Shown here one piece after another: positions 26,712 through 36,631 of a stretch of DNA of 64,000 nt. Origin of the DNA: Spirochaetota bacterium (lineage in GTDB: Bacteria; Spirochaetota; UBA12135; COTS27; CBDBHE01); contig CBDBHE010000007.1 in NCBI GenBank assembly GCA_965205605.1, positions 352,001 to 416,000 on the forward strand, written 5' to 3'. The notes beneath the pieces were generated by a model. That model saw only the letters and a list, made by a program, of their open reading frames with translations, made no database searches and was not told the DNA's origin. Within the stretch, counting starts at the first letter, position 1. Each line of letters opens with the position of its first letter. Made by a program: the position numbers and the translations under genes.

Positions 26712-29312
26712 CTAAACCGAATTACGACTTGCATTAATATTAGCTGCAAGAGATTTAATGATCATTTTTTCATAAATACCAAGTAATTGTTTATCCCCTG
26801 TTTCTTTTTTACTCTTAATTAGAGCATACTGTTGAATGACTAAAAGAGGTAAAACAATTTTTTCTCTTAATTCGATTGATTCTCGAATGACTTCATTTTG
26901 TTCTAATAATTTTTTCATCGAAGAAATTTTTTTAAGATTTTTTTTTGAAAGCATACTTTCTGCAAAAATTTTTTCCCAAAAAGCATGAAAGATTTTATCA
27001 TTTTTTAAGTAAGCAGTAAGAGGAAAAAAAGTTTTCTTCAAAGATTGCATACTATTTTCAACTAAAGTTTTAAAAAAAAGAGATTTTTGATAGAGATTTT
27101 TAAGTAAATCAAAAAGACCTTCTTTTTCAATGGCTTCAATCCCCCAGCCAAACCCAAAAAATCCAGGAATGTTTTGTTTCATTTGACTCCAAGCTCCTAC
27201 AAAAGGGATCGCTCTTAAATGTTCGAAATTCAGCTTTTTACTTTGTTGACGACTTGCTGGGCGACTGGCGATGTTTAACTTGCTATAATACGAAAGCGGT
27301 GTTTTTTGTTCTAAATAATCAACAAAAAGAGGGTCGCCTCTAAAAGAAAGATAATGCTTTAAACAATGATTAGAAAGTTGTGTCATGATTTTTTTTTCCT
27401 TCTCATTAAAAGCTTTTTTGTCTTTATCAAATAAACGATTTTCCAGTCCAGCACAAAGTAGTTGCTCTAAATTAAAATAACAAGAACTAAACGATCCAAA
27501 ATTAGAGCTAATAGTTTGCCCTTGTATGGTAAGCTGGATTTGTTTGTCTTCGATTTGATCCCCAAAAGCACGATAAAACTTATACGTATTGCCTCCTCCT
27601 CTAGCTGGAGGCCCCCCCCTGCCATCAAAAAAAATAATTTTAATCCCATACGTTCTAGAAAGATTGGTTAGATTTTCTTTAGCTTGAAAAATAGACCAAT
27701 TAGCGGCAACATACCCCCCATCTTTCGTACCATCAGAAAAACCAACCATGATTGTTTGACAATGATCCCTAAACTCAAGATGTTTTTTATAAAACTCATT
27801 TTGATACAAGTTTTCCATAATTTTTGGAGCATTCTTAAGATCGTCAATCGTTTCAAAAAGAGGCACAATATCTAATAAAATACCCTTTGATTCTTTTTCT
27901 TTACAAAAGTGTAAAAGAAATAACACTTCAAAAAGATCTAAATCACTTTGCGTGTTACTGATAATATAACGATTTAGCCCTCTTAATCCATTTTGATTTT
28001 GAATATAAAAGGCTTCTTTCATTGAAAGCAGTGTTTCTTCTGTGAGCTCATAACCATAGTCTATTTTTTTTACAAAAAGACCTCCTTTAAAAGATTTAAG
28101 TAAATCAATTAAAAAAAACTTTTTCTTTTTTTCATCTAAAGCATGGTATTCCAACAAAATATTCTCTCCAAAAGCATGTTTTAAAACATCTTCCAAAACC
28201 TTTTCAAGGACCCGACTATCTTGCCTTAAATCAATAGAAGCAAAATAAAAACCAAAAATAGATACTTTGATAATAAGCTCATCGACAAAATTTAAAAAAA
28301 GACTATTGTGTTCTTTTTTCAAAAGAGAACGCACTCGTTTGAGATCACTTAAAAAGTCATCCACTTTTTTATAAGCAGTTTTTTGATTTAATAAAGCAAA
28401 CAGTTTTAACTGGATTTCTTTTAATAAATCAAAAACACCTTCAAAAGTCAAACGACGCATTAAAACATTTAAATCTTTAAGATAGAGTTTGATAATACTT
28501 TTTTTTAAAAGAAAGGCAACCCTTTGAGTGGTTTTAAAAGTAACGAAAGGATTGCCATCTCTGTCTCCTCCAGGCCAAAAGCCAAATTCAATAATAGGGC
28601 TTGAAAAAGATTCGATGCCTTGATTGCTTTCCATTAAAAGATTTTTGTGTAATCTTGGGACCACTTGATAAAAAATATTTTTTAAATACCAAATTAATGT
28701 TTGAGCTTCATTAATCGGGGTTGGTTTTTGCTTGTTTCTAAAAGACGTTTTTCCCATTTGAAGTAAAAGATTATAAATCATTCCCAAGTCGTTTTTATTG
28801 ATTGCTTTACTCAAATCTTTAATAATACTTAAAATATTTTTTGAATAAAATTGAGTAGGATGAGCTGTTAAAACAACTCGGACTTTAAAATCATTTAAGA
28901 CTTTTTTAAGCTCTGCTTCTTTTTTACCCAAGCGTACTTGTAATAAAAAAGCCTGCATCGTCCCTTCCCCCAAGCGATCATTAATTTGATTAAAAGCAGC
29001 GTCTTCTAAAGAATCAAAAAGCACAATTTGTCTTTCAACAAACTGCAAAAACTTAAAAAGTAAATTGTTTTTTTTATTTTGAATCTGGCCGTGATCTTGA
29101 AAAAAAGCATCGACAATCTCTTCAGGGCTTTGATTATTTTTAAGACCTTCTTCACAAGCTTTAGAAAAAAGAGGGAGTAAAATCCCTGCATTATCAACGC
29201 CTTCAAAAGGAAGTGTTAAAAAAAGACTATTATAAAGCTCGTACTTTATTTTGACTTGTTGTTTAAAAGCGGTAAGAAATTGATTCATAAAAAAACTATT
29301 AATTTTTAGCAA
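26712..29312 (-). CDS. ppc: Phosphoenolpyruvate carboxylase
   Basis: VLTAHPT, GGDRDGNP, PLFET, GFSDGTKDGG, GRGG, LRAIPF, C-terminal RNSV. Confidence 0.95.
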   Translation of the reverse strand: MLKINSFFMNQFLTAFKQQVKIKYELYNSLFLTLPFEGVDNAGILLPLFSKACEEGLKNNQSPEEIVDAFFQDHGQIQNKKNNLLFKFLQFVERQIVLFDSLEDAAFNQINDRLGEGTMQAFLLQVRLGKKEAELKKVLNDFKVRVVLTAHPTQFYSKNILSIIKDLSKAINKNDLGMIYNLLLQMGKTSFRNKQKPTPINEAQTLIWYLKNIFYQVVPRLHKNLLMESNQGIESFSSPIIEFGFWPGGDRDGNPFVTFKTTQRVAFLLKKSIIKLYLKDLNVLMRRLTFEGVFDLLKEIQLKLFALLNQKTAYKKVDDFLSDLKRVRSLLKKEHNSLFLNFVDELIIKVSIFGFYFASIDLRQDSRVLEKVLEDVLKHAFGENILLEYHALDEKKKKFFLIDLLKSFKGGLFVKKIDYGYELTEETLLSMKEAFYIQNQNGLRGLNRYIISNTQSDLDLFEVLFLLHFCKEKESKGILLDIVPLFETIDDLKNAPKIMENLYQNEFYKKHLEFRDHCQTIMVGFSDGTKDGGYVAANWSIFQAKENLTNLSRTYGIKIIFFDGRGGPPARGGGNTYKFYRAFGDQIEDKQIQLTIQGQTISSNFGSFSSCYFNLEQLLCAGLENRLFDKDKKAFNEKEKKIMTQLSNHCLKHYLSFRGDPLFVDYLEQKTPLSYYSKLNIASRPASRQQSKKLNFEHLRAIPFVGAWSQMKQNIPGFFGFGWGIEAIEKEGLFDLLKNLYQKSLFFKTLVENSMQSLKKTFFPLTAYLKNDKIFHAFWEKIFAESMLSKKNLKKISSMKKLLEQNEVIRESIELREKIVLPLLVIQQYALIKSKKETGDKQLLGIYEKMIIKSLAANINASRNSV

Positions 29313-29829
29313 AAAAAAATATAAACGACATTACTTATATTTATAGATTATTTTTACATTTAAATAAGTTATTATAATATAAGCTTGTCTTTTAATAAAA
29401 AAGGATTACAAGTGCTTTTAATAAAAAAAAGATTTTTTTTGAGAGCATGCCTTGAACATTCCTTTTTAGAGCTTACAATCTCATCCCTAGTGATTTCTAA
29501 TGGTTTATTTTCTTTCTTAAACAAACTTTACCATGACATCGCCTTCTCTATAAAAAGATTTTTTTTCTATATCTCTATTTATTTTTGTAGAATTAAAATA
29601 AATTCAATATTTCATTTTGTTCCATCATCAAATTCGATAAATAATTTAAACACGCCTCATCACTTTTATAAGATTCATTTTCTCATCTAGTTAAATAATA
29701 AATGGTCATTGATTGATGCCAATTTAAAGGAGTTTTTTGCTTTAAATTGTTTTTTTTTATATTAAATAACCAAATGGAAATTGTTATATGTTATAAATAG
29801 AGATAGTATTATAGAGGAGAAATAAGGCA

Positions 29830-31377
29830 ATGAAGACAAAAAAAGAATCATTAAGAATGATATTTAGCTTTATATTAGTAGGGTTATTGACGTCGAATGT
29901 ACTACTTGCGTCAAAAGAGTTTTCTAAAGATGATCAAAAAGATGTTCCATTTAGTTTGGTAGGTGAGAGTCCAAAAGAAAAAGAAGCTCGCTTACAGTGG
30001 TGGGCAGACGCACGATTTGGATTATTTATCCATTGGGGACTTTATTCTCTTTTAGAAGGGTATTGGGAAGGGGAAGAAACCAAGCGTCTTGGTGAATGGA
30101 TTATGAAGAGTAGGGAAATTAAGAAGAGCGAATATTCCAAACTTGTTAATGACTTTAATCCGGTTAAATACAACCCTGAACAATGGATGAAGCTAGCAAA
30201 AGAAGCCGGCATGAAATATGTGGTGATTACAAGTAAGCATCACGATGGATTTAGCTTATGGAATAGTAAGTATAGAGATTTTAATATTGGATCTACACCT
30301 TATAAAAAAGATTTACTAGGCCCCTTAGCGGCTGCAGCTAAAAAAAATGACATTCACTTTGGGTTGTATTACTCCATTCTTGATTGGACCCATCCAAATT
30401 ATAAGCCTATACTAAATTTTGATAAAAAAGATCCAACTCGAAAGCCTAATTATCCGCTTTATTATGAGTATTTAAAAAATCAAACAAAAGAGCTATTAAG
30501 CAACTATAAAGATTTAAAACTTTTATGGTTTGATGGGGGGTGGGAAAAAACTTGGAAGGTAGATAACTATCGTATGGGAAAAGACATCTATAGAAAACTT
30601 AGAAAAATCAAGCCTTCTTTGATCATCAATGAGCGTTTTTACGGAAAGAGAAATCAAAAATTTGCTGACTACTGGACACCAGAGCAACGCATTCCTAAAA
30701 AAGCGAACAAGGGATTGTATTACTGGGAAACTTGCATGACCATGAATGACACTTGGGGATACAAACGAGATGATAAAAATTGGAAACCTACGAAATGGTT
30801 AATTCATAATTTAATTGACATTGCCTCTAAAGGTGGCAACTTTCTTCTAAACATTGGTCCTAAAGCAGATGGGACGATTCCTAGCCCTAGCGTTAAAATT
30901 TTAAAATCAATGGGAAAATGGCTAAAGATCAATGGAGAGGCTATTTACGGGACAATGGGAAATCCTTCTTCTAATCCAAAAGAAACATTTGCTTATGGAG
31001 ATATTACAACGAAGGTTAAAGAAAATAAAATTTATCTTCATCTTACTAAGTGGCCTTATAAAAAAGAATATAAACCTTACAAAGTAATAGAAAACCCTAA
31101 AGAAAGATCAGAATGGAGAAAAAAATATAAAATCTATGAGACATCTTTTCGTAAAAAATTACTGAGATTTATTAAAAAAGGTTCTAAACATAAAAAGATT
31201 GTGTTAAACGGATTTGAAAATAAAATCAAACGCATTTATGCTTTGGAAGATAAAACTAAATCCATCGAATGGAAAGCTAATAACAATACCATTGAGGTTT
31301 TATCCAAAAACATTCCTAAAGGCAAAATGGTGACTGTGTTGGCAATTGAATATGAGGGAGATTTACAGCTAAAGTAA
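29830..31377 (+). CDS. Secreted GH29 alpha-L-fucosidase
   Basis: Signal peptide; FGLFIHWG, KHHDGF, nucleophile WFDG, WETC.TMN.TWGY, GGNFLLNIGP; GAGGAG RBS. Confidence 0.92.
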   Translation: MKTKKESLRMIFSFILVGLLTSNVLLASKEFSKDDQKDVPFSLVGESPKEKEARLQWWADARFGLFIHWGLYSLLEGYWEGEETKRLGEWIMKSREIKKSEYSKLVNDFNPVKYNPEQWMKLAKEAGMKYVVITSKHHDGFSLWNSKYRDFNIGSTPYKKDLLGPLAAAAKKNDIHFGLYYSILDWTHPNYKPILNFDKKDPTRKPNYPLYYEYLKNQTKELLSNYKDLKLLWFDGGWEKTWKVDNYRMGKDIYRKLRKIKPSLIINERFYGKRNQKFADYWTPEQRIPKKANKGLYYWETCMTMNDTWGYKRDDKNWKPTKWLIHNLIDIASKGGNFLLNIGPKADGTIPSPSVKILKSMGKWLKINGEAIYGTMGNPSSNPKETFAYGDITTKVKENKIYLHLTKWPYKKEYKPYKVIENPKERSEWRKKYKIYETSFRKKLLRFIKKGSKHKKIVLNGFENKIKRIYALEDKTKSIEWKANNNTIEVLSKNIPKGKMVTVLAIEYEGDLQLK

Positions 31378-31416
31378 ATCAGACATCTATTTTTTTTTTA
31401 TAGCACAAAAATCAAA

Positions 31417-31458
31417 TAAGAACACTACTCACTTATTAATGAATGGGTAGTGTTCTTA
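31417..31458 (+). terminator. Long inverted repeat after the GH29 gene (terminator- or REP-like)
   Basis: TAAGAACACTACTCA / TGGGTAGTGTTCTTA 15-bp stem with one G-U pair. Confidence 0.55.
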
Positions 31459-31653
31459 TAATTCTTAATTTTTTTCTACACTTATCATCACAGGCATTAG
31501 GATGGACGAATTAGCAACTATCGAGCCTCAATCAGCACATTCCAAAAAGAATAGCGAGGTCTTGGGAATCCTGAATTATCGCTAAAACCTAAAAGCCAAA
31601 AGCCAAAAACAACACTAAACCACCTCTTAAGACCATTCTATGATGAAGTAAAA

Positions 31654-31695
31654 TAAGAAGGCTTCACATCAAAGTTTGTGAATGAGCCCTTCTTA
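31654..31695. repeat. Second imperfect inverted repeat with the same TAAGAA...TTCTTA ends
   Basis: TAAGAAGGCTTCACA / TGTGAATGAGCCCTTCTTA. Confidence 0.45.
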
Positions 31696-31999
31696 CAACA
31701 CGAGCAAAACAAGAGAAAAAAGACAGTTGCTAGTAGATGGTTAGTCTTTTAAAGACAGCTCACTTAACAGCTTATTATTAGAAGCAACAAGCTATCAAGG
31801 TTAGATAATCGTTTTTTATAATCGCAGGCTATTAATTCACGATTTTAGAGAGATTTTTTTGCCAGCTTACTCAAAGAAAATCGATGAAGCCCTCTTCTTC
31901 AAAACGTGTTAATTGTTATTTAGAAACACCTCTAGGTCTAGGCGGACTATCGTGGTGAGTAATAAATAATTTACTTAAATATAGAGTCGATGATCTCAC

Positions 32000-32021
32000 T
32001 AGAGACATTTTAGAGACATTT
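32000..32021. repeat. 11-bp tandem direct repeat
   Basis: TAGAGACATTT x2. Confidence 0.7.
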
Positions 32022-32106
32022 GGCCTAATTGATGAGGGGATTTTATAAGCCGTCAAAGTAAGACAAAAATAGCATGTGAAGTCGAGGAAAAAGGTAAAGG
32101 AGTGAC

Positions 32107-32937
32107 TTAATGATTTCCTTTGGGTAGAATTTTTACCACGCGTTCTTTTATAATAGAGAGCACTTCATTTGGATTACGTTGCCACCAATTTTTATCAGAA
32201 AATATTTCCACCTCGATATACCCCTTATAGCCGGCCTGCTCAACCATATGATAGATAGCTGAGATATCGATAATGCCGTCTCCCATCATTCCGCGATCAA
32301 CTAAGAGGTCTTGAGTCTCCTTAAGCCAGTCGCAAATATGAAAGCCGAGGATTTTATTTTGAGCTCGTTTGATCTGGGAAGAGAGCTTGGGATCCCACCA
32401 CACATGATAAACGTCAATGGCCACTCCAACTCCATCACCGAGTGTTTCGCACAAATCAAGGGCTTGAGACAAAGTGTTAACACAAGAGCGATCGGCTGCA
32501 TACATGGGGTGTAGTGGTTCAATAGCCAGTGGGATATTGAGCGAACGAGAATAATCTAAGATTTTAGAAATTCCTTGTTCCACTTGTTGCCTGGCCAGGG
32601 CAATATTTTTTGATTCAGGGGGCAAACTGCCGACGACAAGCACAAGACTTTGAGCCCCAATCGTCATAGCTTCATCAAGTGCTTTTTTATTTTCATCGAT
32701 TGCTTTTTGAAGACTTTTTTTATCATTGGCGGGAAAAAAGCCTCCTCGGCAAAGAGCATTGACCACAAGGCCGCTATCATCGATTCTCTGTCTAATTTCT
32801 TTAAGGGGTTTTTTAGCAATTTGATCTCGCCAAGGACAAATTGCTTTTATCCCATGACGCACGCAACCATCTATCATCTCGTTTATATCCCACTTCAAGC
32901 GAACGGTTGCTGTATTTAAAGATAATTTTTCTAACAC
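32107..32937 (-). CDS. Sugar phosphate isomerase/epimerase (AP-endonuclease-2/IolE-like TIM barrel)
   Basis: IEPLHP, DVYH, HICDW, R and EVEIF metal-site residues. Confidence 0.88.
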   Translation of the reverse strand: MLEKLSLNTATVRLKWDINEMIDGCVRHGIKAICPWRDQIAKKPLKEIRQRIDDSGLVVNALCRGGFFPANDKKSLQKAIDENKKALDEAMTIGAQSLVLVVGSLPPESKNIALARQQVEQGISKILDYSRSLNIPLAIEPLHPMYAADRSCVNTLSQALDLCETLGDGVGVAIDVYHVWWDPKLSSQIKRAQNKILGFHICDWLKETQDLLVDRGMMGDGIIDISAIYHMVEQAGYKGYIEVEIFSDKNWWQRNPNEVLSIIKERVVKILPKGNH

Positions 32938-32955
32938 CCTGCCTTCTACATTCCC

Positions 32956-34134
32956 TTAAATAATCAATGATTCTTCAAAGCAGGTGGAAAGTAATTTGTT
33001 CATTCTCTCTAGGGCAAGCTCAGGCTTAACAAGCACTTTTGCTTGATCAGCAAGTCGAAATAATTGACAATAATGCGCAAAGGAACGAGCAGATTCAAGA
33101 CCTCCTAAAAGCTGACAATGGCTTTGAAATCCATTTAAATAAGCCATAAACACAACCCCTGCTTTATAATATTGAGTAGGGGACTTAAAGATATGTTTAG
33201 AAAGAGCTACGGTAGGGTTTAAGATTTCAAAATAACGCTTCTCATCACCTTGACTAAGAGCATCAAAAGCAGCACTAGCCGCTATAGCGATGGGATCAAA
33301 AATACCTAGAAGAGCATCGGAATAATGCTGGTCATCACCACCGATGAGCTCTGGATAATTAAAATCATCTCCCGTATAAAGCCTTACAGAGTGAGGGAGC
33401 CTCTTTCGAAACGATTTTTCACGCTTAGCGTCTAAGAGAGAAATTTTAATCCCGTCGATTTGTTTAACGTTTTCTTCAATAATTTCCAAGACGTTTTTTT
33501 CAGCCATATCAAGATCTTCTGTTGCCCAATACCCTTTTAAGCGAGCGTCAAAAACATCTCCTAGCCAATGGAGAATCGCTGGTTGCTCTAATGGATCTAA
33601 GATCGCTTTATAAACCTTTTTATAATCATCAAACAAAGTGGCTGTTTTGGCAAGGAGCGGACTGGCCATGATAATAACACGCCCACCTCTTTTTTCGATA
33701 AAATCACATTGTTCTCTGTAAGCACTAGTAATCGCATCGAGAGAATACTGTCTATTTGGATCAAGCTGATCGGTAGCCGCTCCACAGGCAATAAGGGCAT
33801 GTTTGCGTGATTTGGCCTCTGATAAACTCTTAGAAATGAGTTCTTTTGCTTGCTCATAGTGAAGCCCCATTCCCCTTTGGGCTGTGTCCATAGCTTCTGC
33901 CACCCCTAGGCCTAAATCCCACAGGTAATGGCGAAATTGAAGGGTTGTTTCCCAATCAATGGTGCTGTGCTCCCAGGGACTATCGTTAGCCAAAGGATTT
34001 TTTACGACATGGGCAGCGGCATAAACAATGCGGTTAAATTTTTTTTGAGGGAAATCTCCTTCAAATTTTAAAGAGGTGTTTTTTAAAGAATAAGAATAGA
34101 GAGACCCTTTTAGATCGATTAGTTTAATTTTCAT
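32956..34134 (-). CDS. DUF993 family protein (DHDPS-like TIM barrel)
   Basis: YAAAHVV, GVAEAMDTAQRGMGL, ILHWLG..FD, GIKISLLD, YTGDDFNYPELI, ALLGIFD. Confidence 0.88.
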   Translation of the reverse strand: MKIKLIDLKGSLYSYSLKNTSLKFEGDFPQKKFNRIVYAAAHVVKNPLANDSPWEHSTIDWETTLQFRHYLWDLGLGVAEAMDTAQRGMGLHYEQAKELISKSLSEAKSRKHALIACGAATDQLDPNRQYSLDAITSAYREQCDFIEKRGGRVIIMASPLLAKTATLFDDYKKVYKAILDPLEQPAILHWLGDVFDARLKGYWATEDLDMAEKNVLEIIEENVKQIDGIKISLLDAKREKSFRKRLPHSVRLYTGDDFNYPELIGGDDQHYSDALLGIFDPIAIAASAAFDALSQGDEKRYFEILNPTVALSKHIFKSPTQYYKAGVVFMAYLNGFQSHCQLLGGLESARSFAHYCQLFRLADQAKVLVKPELALERMNKLLSTCFEESLII

Positions 34135-35284
34135 GCTTGATCTCTTTGAGCTCGATGAGGCGTTTTTCTAAATCGCTTTTTTCAGCAGCGATGGCTAAAT
34201 GTAAGTTAGTGATTCCTTTATCAAGCCCATGGGCCCATGGGCTATTTTCCAAGACATGGCGTAAAAAAGATTTCCACTGCATTAAAAAACCATTTTCAAA
34301 TGCTTTATTAGCATCCACTTCTACCCAATCGGAATAAAATGGATGTTCTTGCTTGACGTCTGGATTCCAAATAAATCTGGGGGTTTTGCCTCTTGCTTGG
34401 TACCAACAGTTGCTTAAGCCTGCGACTGCTGAGCCTTTATCCCCATCTACTTGAAACGAAACTAGATCATCGCGCCTTACCCGAGTGCACCAATCTGAGT
34501 TGATTTGTACAACAGCTCCCGTAGCGAGCTCAACAATAGCGTAAGCAGCGTCATCGGCAGTGGCTGCGTAAGAAACATTTTTTTCGTCGACTCTTTCCTT
34601 AATGTGTGTTCGTTTACAACAATAGATAGATTTGATCTCTCCAAAAAGATTTTCCACCACATAATGCCAATGACACATCATATCAATAATAATTCCCCCA
34701 CCATCCTCTTTACGGTAATTCCAAGAAGGTCTTTGTGGTAAAATCCCATCTTTTCCTTCAAAGACCCAGTACCCAAAGTCAATACGAACACTTAGAATTG
34801 ATCCAATCTTTCCTGTTTTAATGAGCTTTTTAAGTTTTATCAAACCCGGCAGAAACAACTTGTCCTGCACAACCCCATGCTTGACTCCTTTTTCACGAGC
34901 AATCTCATAAAGCTTTTGAGCATGAAAGAGGTCATGAGCTAAAGGTTTTTCGCAATAAACATGTTTGCCTTGATCCATTGCTTTTTTTAAGGACTTAAAT
35001 CTAAATTGAGTCAAACTCGCATCAAAAAAAACATCGCTTTGCTCGATGGCTTTATCGATGTTTGTGGTGTACTCTTTGCAATTGAGCTCAGTCGCCAAAG
35101 CTTGCAACTTATCGCGATTTCTTCCCACTAAAATGGGAACAACGTTCACCTTGTCGCCATTTTGAAGACTAAATCCACCCTGTTTTTTAAGCTCTAATAT
35201 AGAACGAATCAAATGCTGATTTTTTCCCATTCTCCCTGTAATCCCATTCATTGCTACTTTAATTTCATTTTTCATATCAAACAC
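34124..35284 (-). CDS. Gfo/Idh/MocA family NAD-dependent oxidoreductase
   Basis: NGITGRMG, YCEKP, QDKLFLPG, QRPSWNYR and GGGII.DM.CHW motifs. Confidence 0.9.
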   Translation of the reverse strand: MFDMKNEIKVAMNGITGRMGKNQHLIRSILELKKQGGFSLQNGDKVNVVPILVGRNRDKLQALATELNCKEYTTNIDKAIEQSDVFFDASLTQFRFKSLKKAMDQGKHVYCEKPLAHDLFHAQKLYEIAREKGVKHGVVQDKLFLPGLIKLKKLIKTGKIGSILSVRIDFGYWVFEGKDGILPQRPSWNYRKEDGGGIIIDMMCHWHYVVENLFGEIKSIYCCKRTHIKERVDEKNVSYAATADDAAYAIVELATGAVVQINSDWCTRVRRDDLVSFQVDGDKGSAVAGLSNCWYQARGKTPRFIWNPDVKQEHPFYSDWVEVDANKAFENGFLMQWKSFLRHVLENSPWAHGLDKGITNLHLAIAAEKSDLEKRLIELKEIKHEN

Positions 35285-35305
35285 TCCATATACTCATCTA
35301 ATATT

Positions 35306-36604
35306 TTATTTCCCAAAAGCCATCTCAAGAAAAATCCCACCAGAACAAGCATAATAATCCTCATCAAGCAAAAATAGTCCCCGGTTTATTTTTGACCAAG
35401 GTTTAGAGGAAAAAGACAAATTTTCTCGCATCTTTTCCCAATCCGTATAATTTTGATGACCGTTTGTTTCTAAAAGTCCTACTCGAAGCCCTTTAAGAGG
35501 ATGTAATCTAGTGGCGATGTTTTTATTCCATTCGACGAGCAAAGGTGGCACGGTTAAATCAGCACAAAAGCATGGGACGCTTTTTTGATGAGCATAAGCG
35601 GCAATTTTAAACGTTTCGCTCATTGTTTTCGCCACCGGCTTAAGAGCAATGGCTTTATAACCAAGGTCGATGCGTTCTTTGACTTCTTGCAAAGAATGAG
35701 CACTTTCATCAGCGGCAATCTTTACTGGCAAGTCATTCACTTCAATTTTCATCGACTCAGGCCAAGGCTCCTCAATGAGTAAAATTTGTTCTAACATTCC
35801 AATGCTATCGCAATGCTCCAAAAGACGCTCTAAAGTTTCTTTGCTATCATAACAGCCATTAATATCGAGATAATAGGGGATTTTGCCATCATCAGTGTGC
35901 TCCGTTGTTCGGTTTTTAAAAAACGCATGAATTTCGCTAAGACGAGCCTTATCCCAGGTCAACATCGCCTCGACAGCCTCTCTTCCTTTTTTTTTATTGC
36001 CAGAACCTGCCGATAAATTCCCTATTTTTATTTTGGGAAAAAAAAATCCCCCGTCAATGAGCTCCTTAATTTCTTGCTGCTGATCTTTATAACTAATCGC
36101 AGGGACTGCAGCTACTTTTTTATGTCGATAGGAAAGAGCTGCTCGTGATCCTTTCGGAATCATTTCATCAAAAGTTTGCAAGTTATTATGCCGACAATAA
36201 AGGAGCCAAGCAGCATTGTCAATGCTGACTAAAGCATTTAAAACAAAGGTCTTTTTCAAATCTTTGTTTCCTGTTATCTTTTTTCCATAATCAAAAACCA
36301 ATGGAAATATTTCATCGAGAAGAGACATGGGTGTGTCAAACGTCCTCTCCTTAAAAAGCGATAAAGCATATTGAGTAAGGCTTAACATGAGGGCATTCCC
36401 CCCTGCCTGGCTATTAGAAAAAAAAACAGATGAATCAGACCACAAGACCGATTGGGTTCCCAAACCACAAGCGCTTTGAGTATCTGTTTGTAGTTTCGAA
36501 CACACTTCCCATTGCTCTGTAATGTATCCTCCTTTAAATCCAAAGGGCTTTAGAAATGATCGTCTGATAAAATCTAAAGTCCCTTCAGAAATTTTAAATG
36601 CCAT
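35306..36604 (-). CDS. Enolase-superfamily enzyme (MLE subgroup), substrate unknown
   Basis: KIK, YLDING, IEEP, AADES and ALKP give the Lys/Lys acid-base pair and D/E/D metal ligands. Confidence 0.82.
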   Translation of the reverse strand: MAFKISEGTLDFIRRSFLKPFGFKGGYITEQWEVCSKLQTDTQSACGLGTQSVLWSDSSVFFSNSQAGGNALMLSLTQYALSLFKERTFDTPMSLLDEIFPLVFDYGKKITGNKDLKKTFVLNALVSIDNAAWLLYCRHNNLQTFDEMIPKGSRAALSYRHKKVAAVPAISYKDQQQEIKELIDGGFFFPKIKIGNLSAGSGNKKKGREAVEAMLTWDKARLSEIHAFFKNRTTEHTDDGKIPYYLDINGCYDSKETLERLLEHCDSIGMLEQILLIEEPWPESMKIEVNDLPVKIAADESAHSLQEVKERIDLGYKAIALKPVAKTMSETFKIAAYAHQKSVPCFCADLTVPPLLVEWNKNIATRLHPLKGLRVGLLETNGHQNYTDWEKMRENLSFSSKPWSKINRGLFLLDEDYYACSGGIFLEMAFGK

Positions 36605-36631
36605 TAATTTATTTTTTATCTCAAGGGAGGA

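Noticed and set aside
29385-29690. 101-aa ORF between ppc and GH29
   Set aside because: TTG start, no RBS and low-complexity F/S/I/K composition typical of AT-rich non-coding DNA; the opposite strand is broken by stops and unidentifiable
31414-31700. Hairpins as integron attC sites or CRISPR repeats
   Set aside because: No proper RYYYAAC/GTTRRRY box pair, only two dissimilar copies, and no integrase or cas gene in the window
31800-31910. IVFYNRR resembling the IS3-family transposase C-terminus
   Set aside because: Only about 7 residues match; no DDE domain or terminal inverted repeats were found
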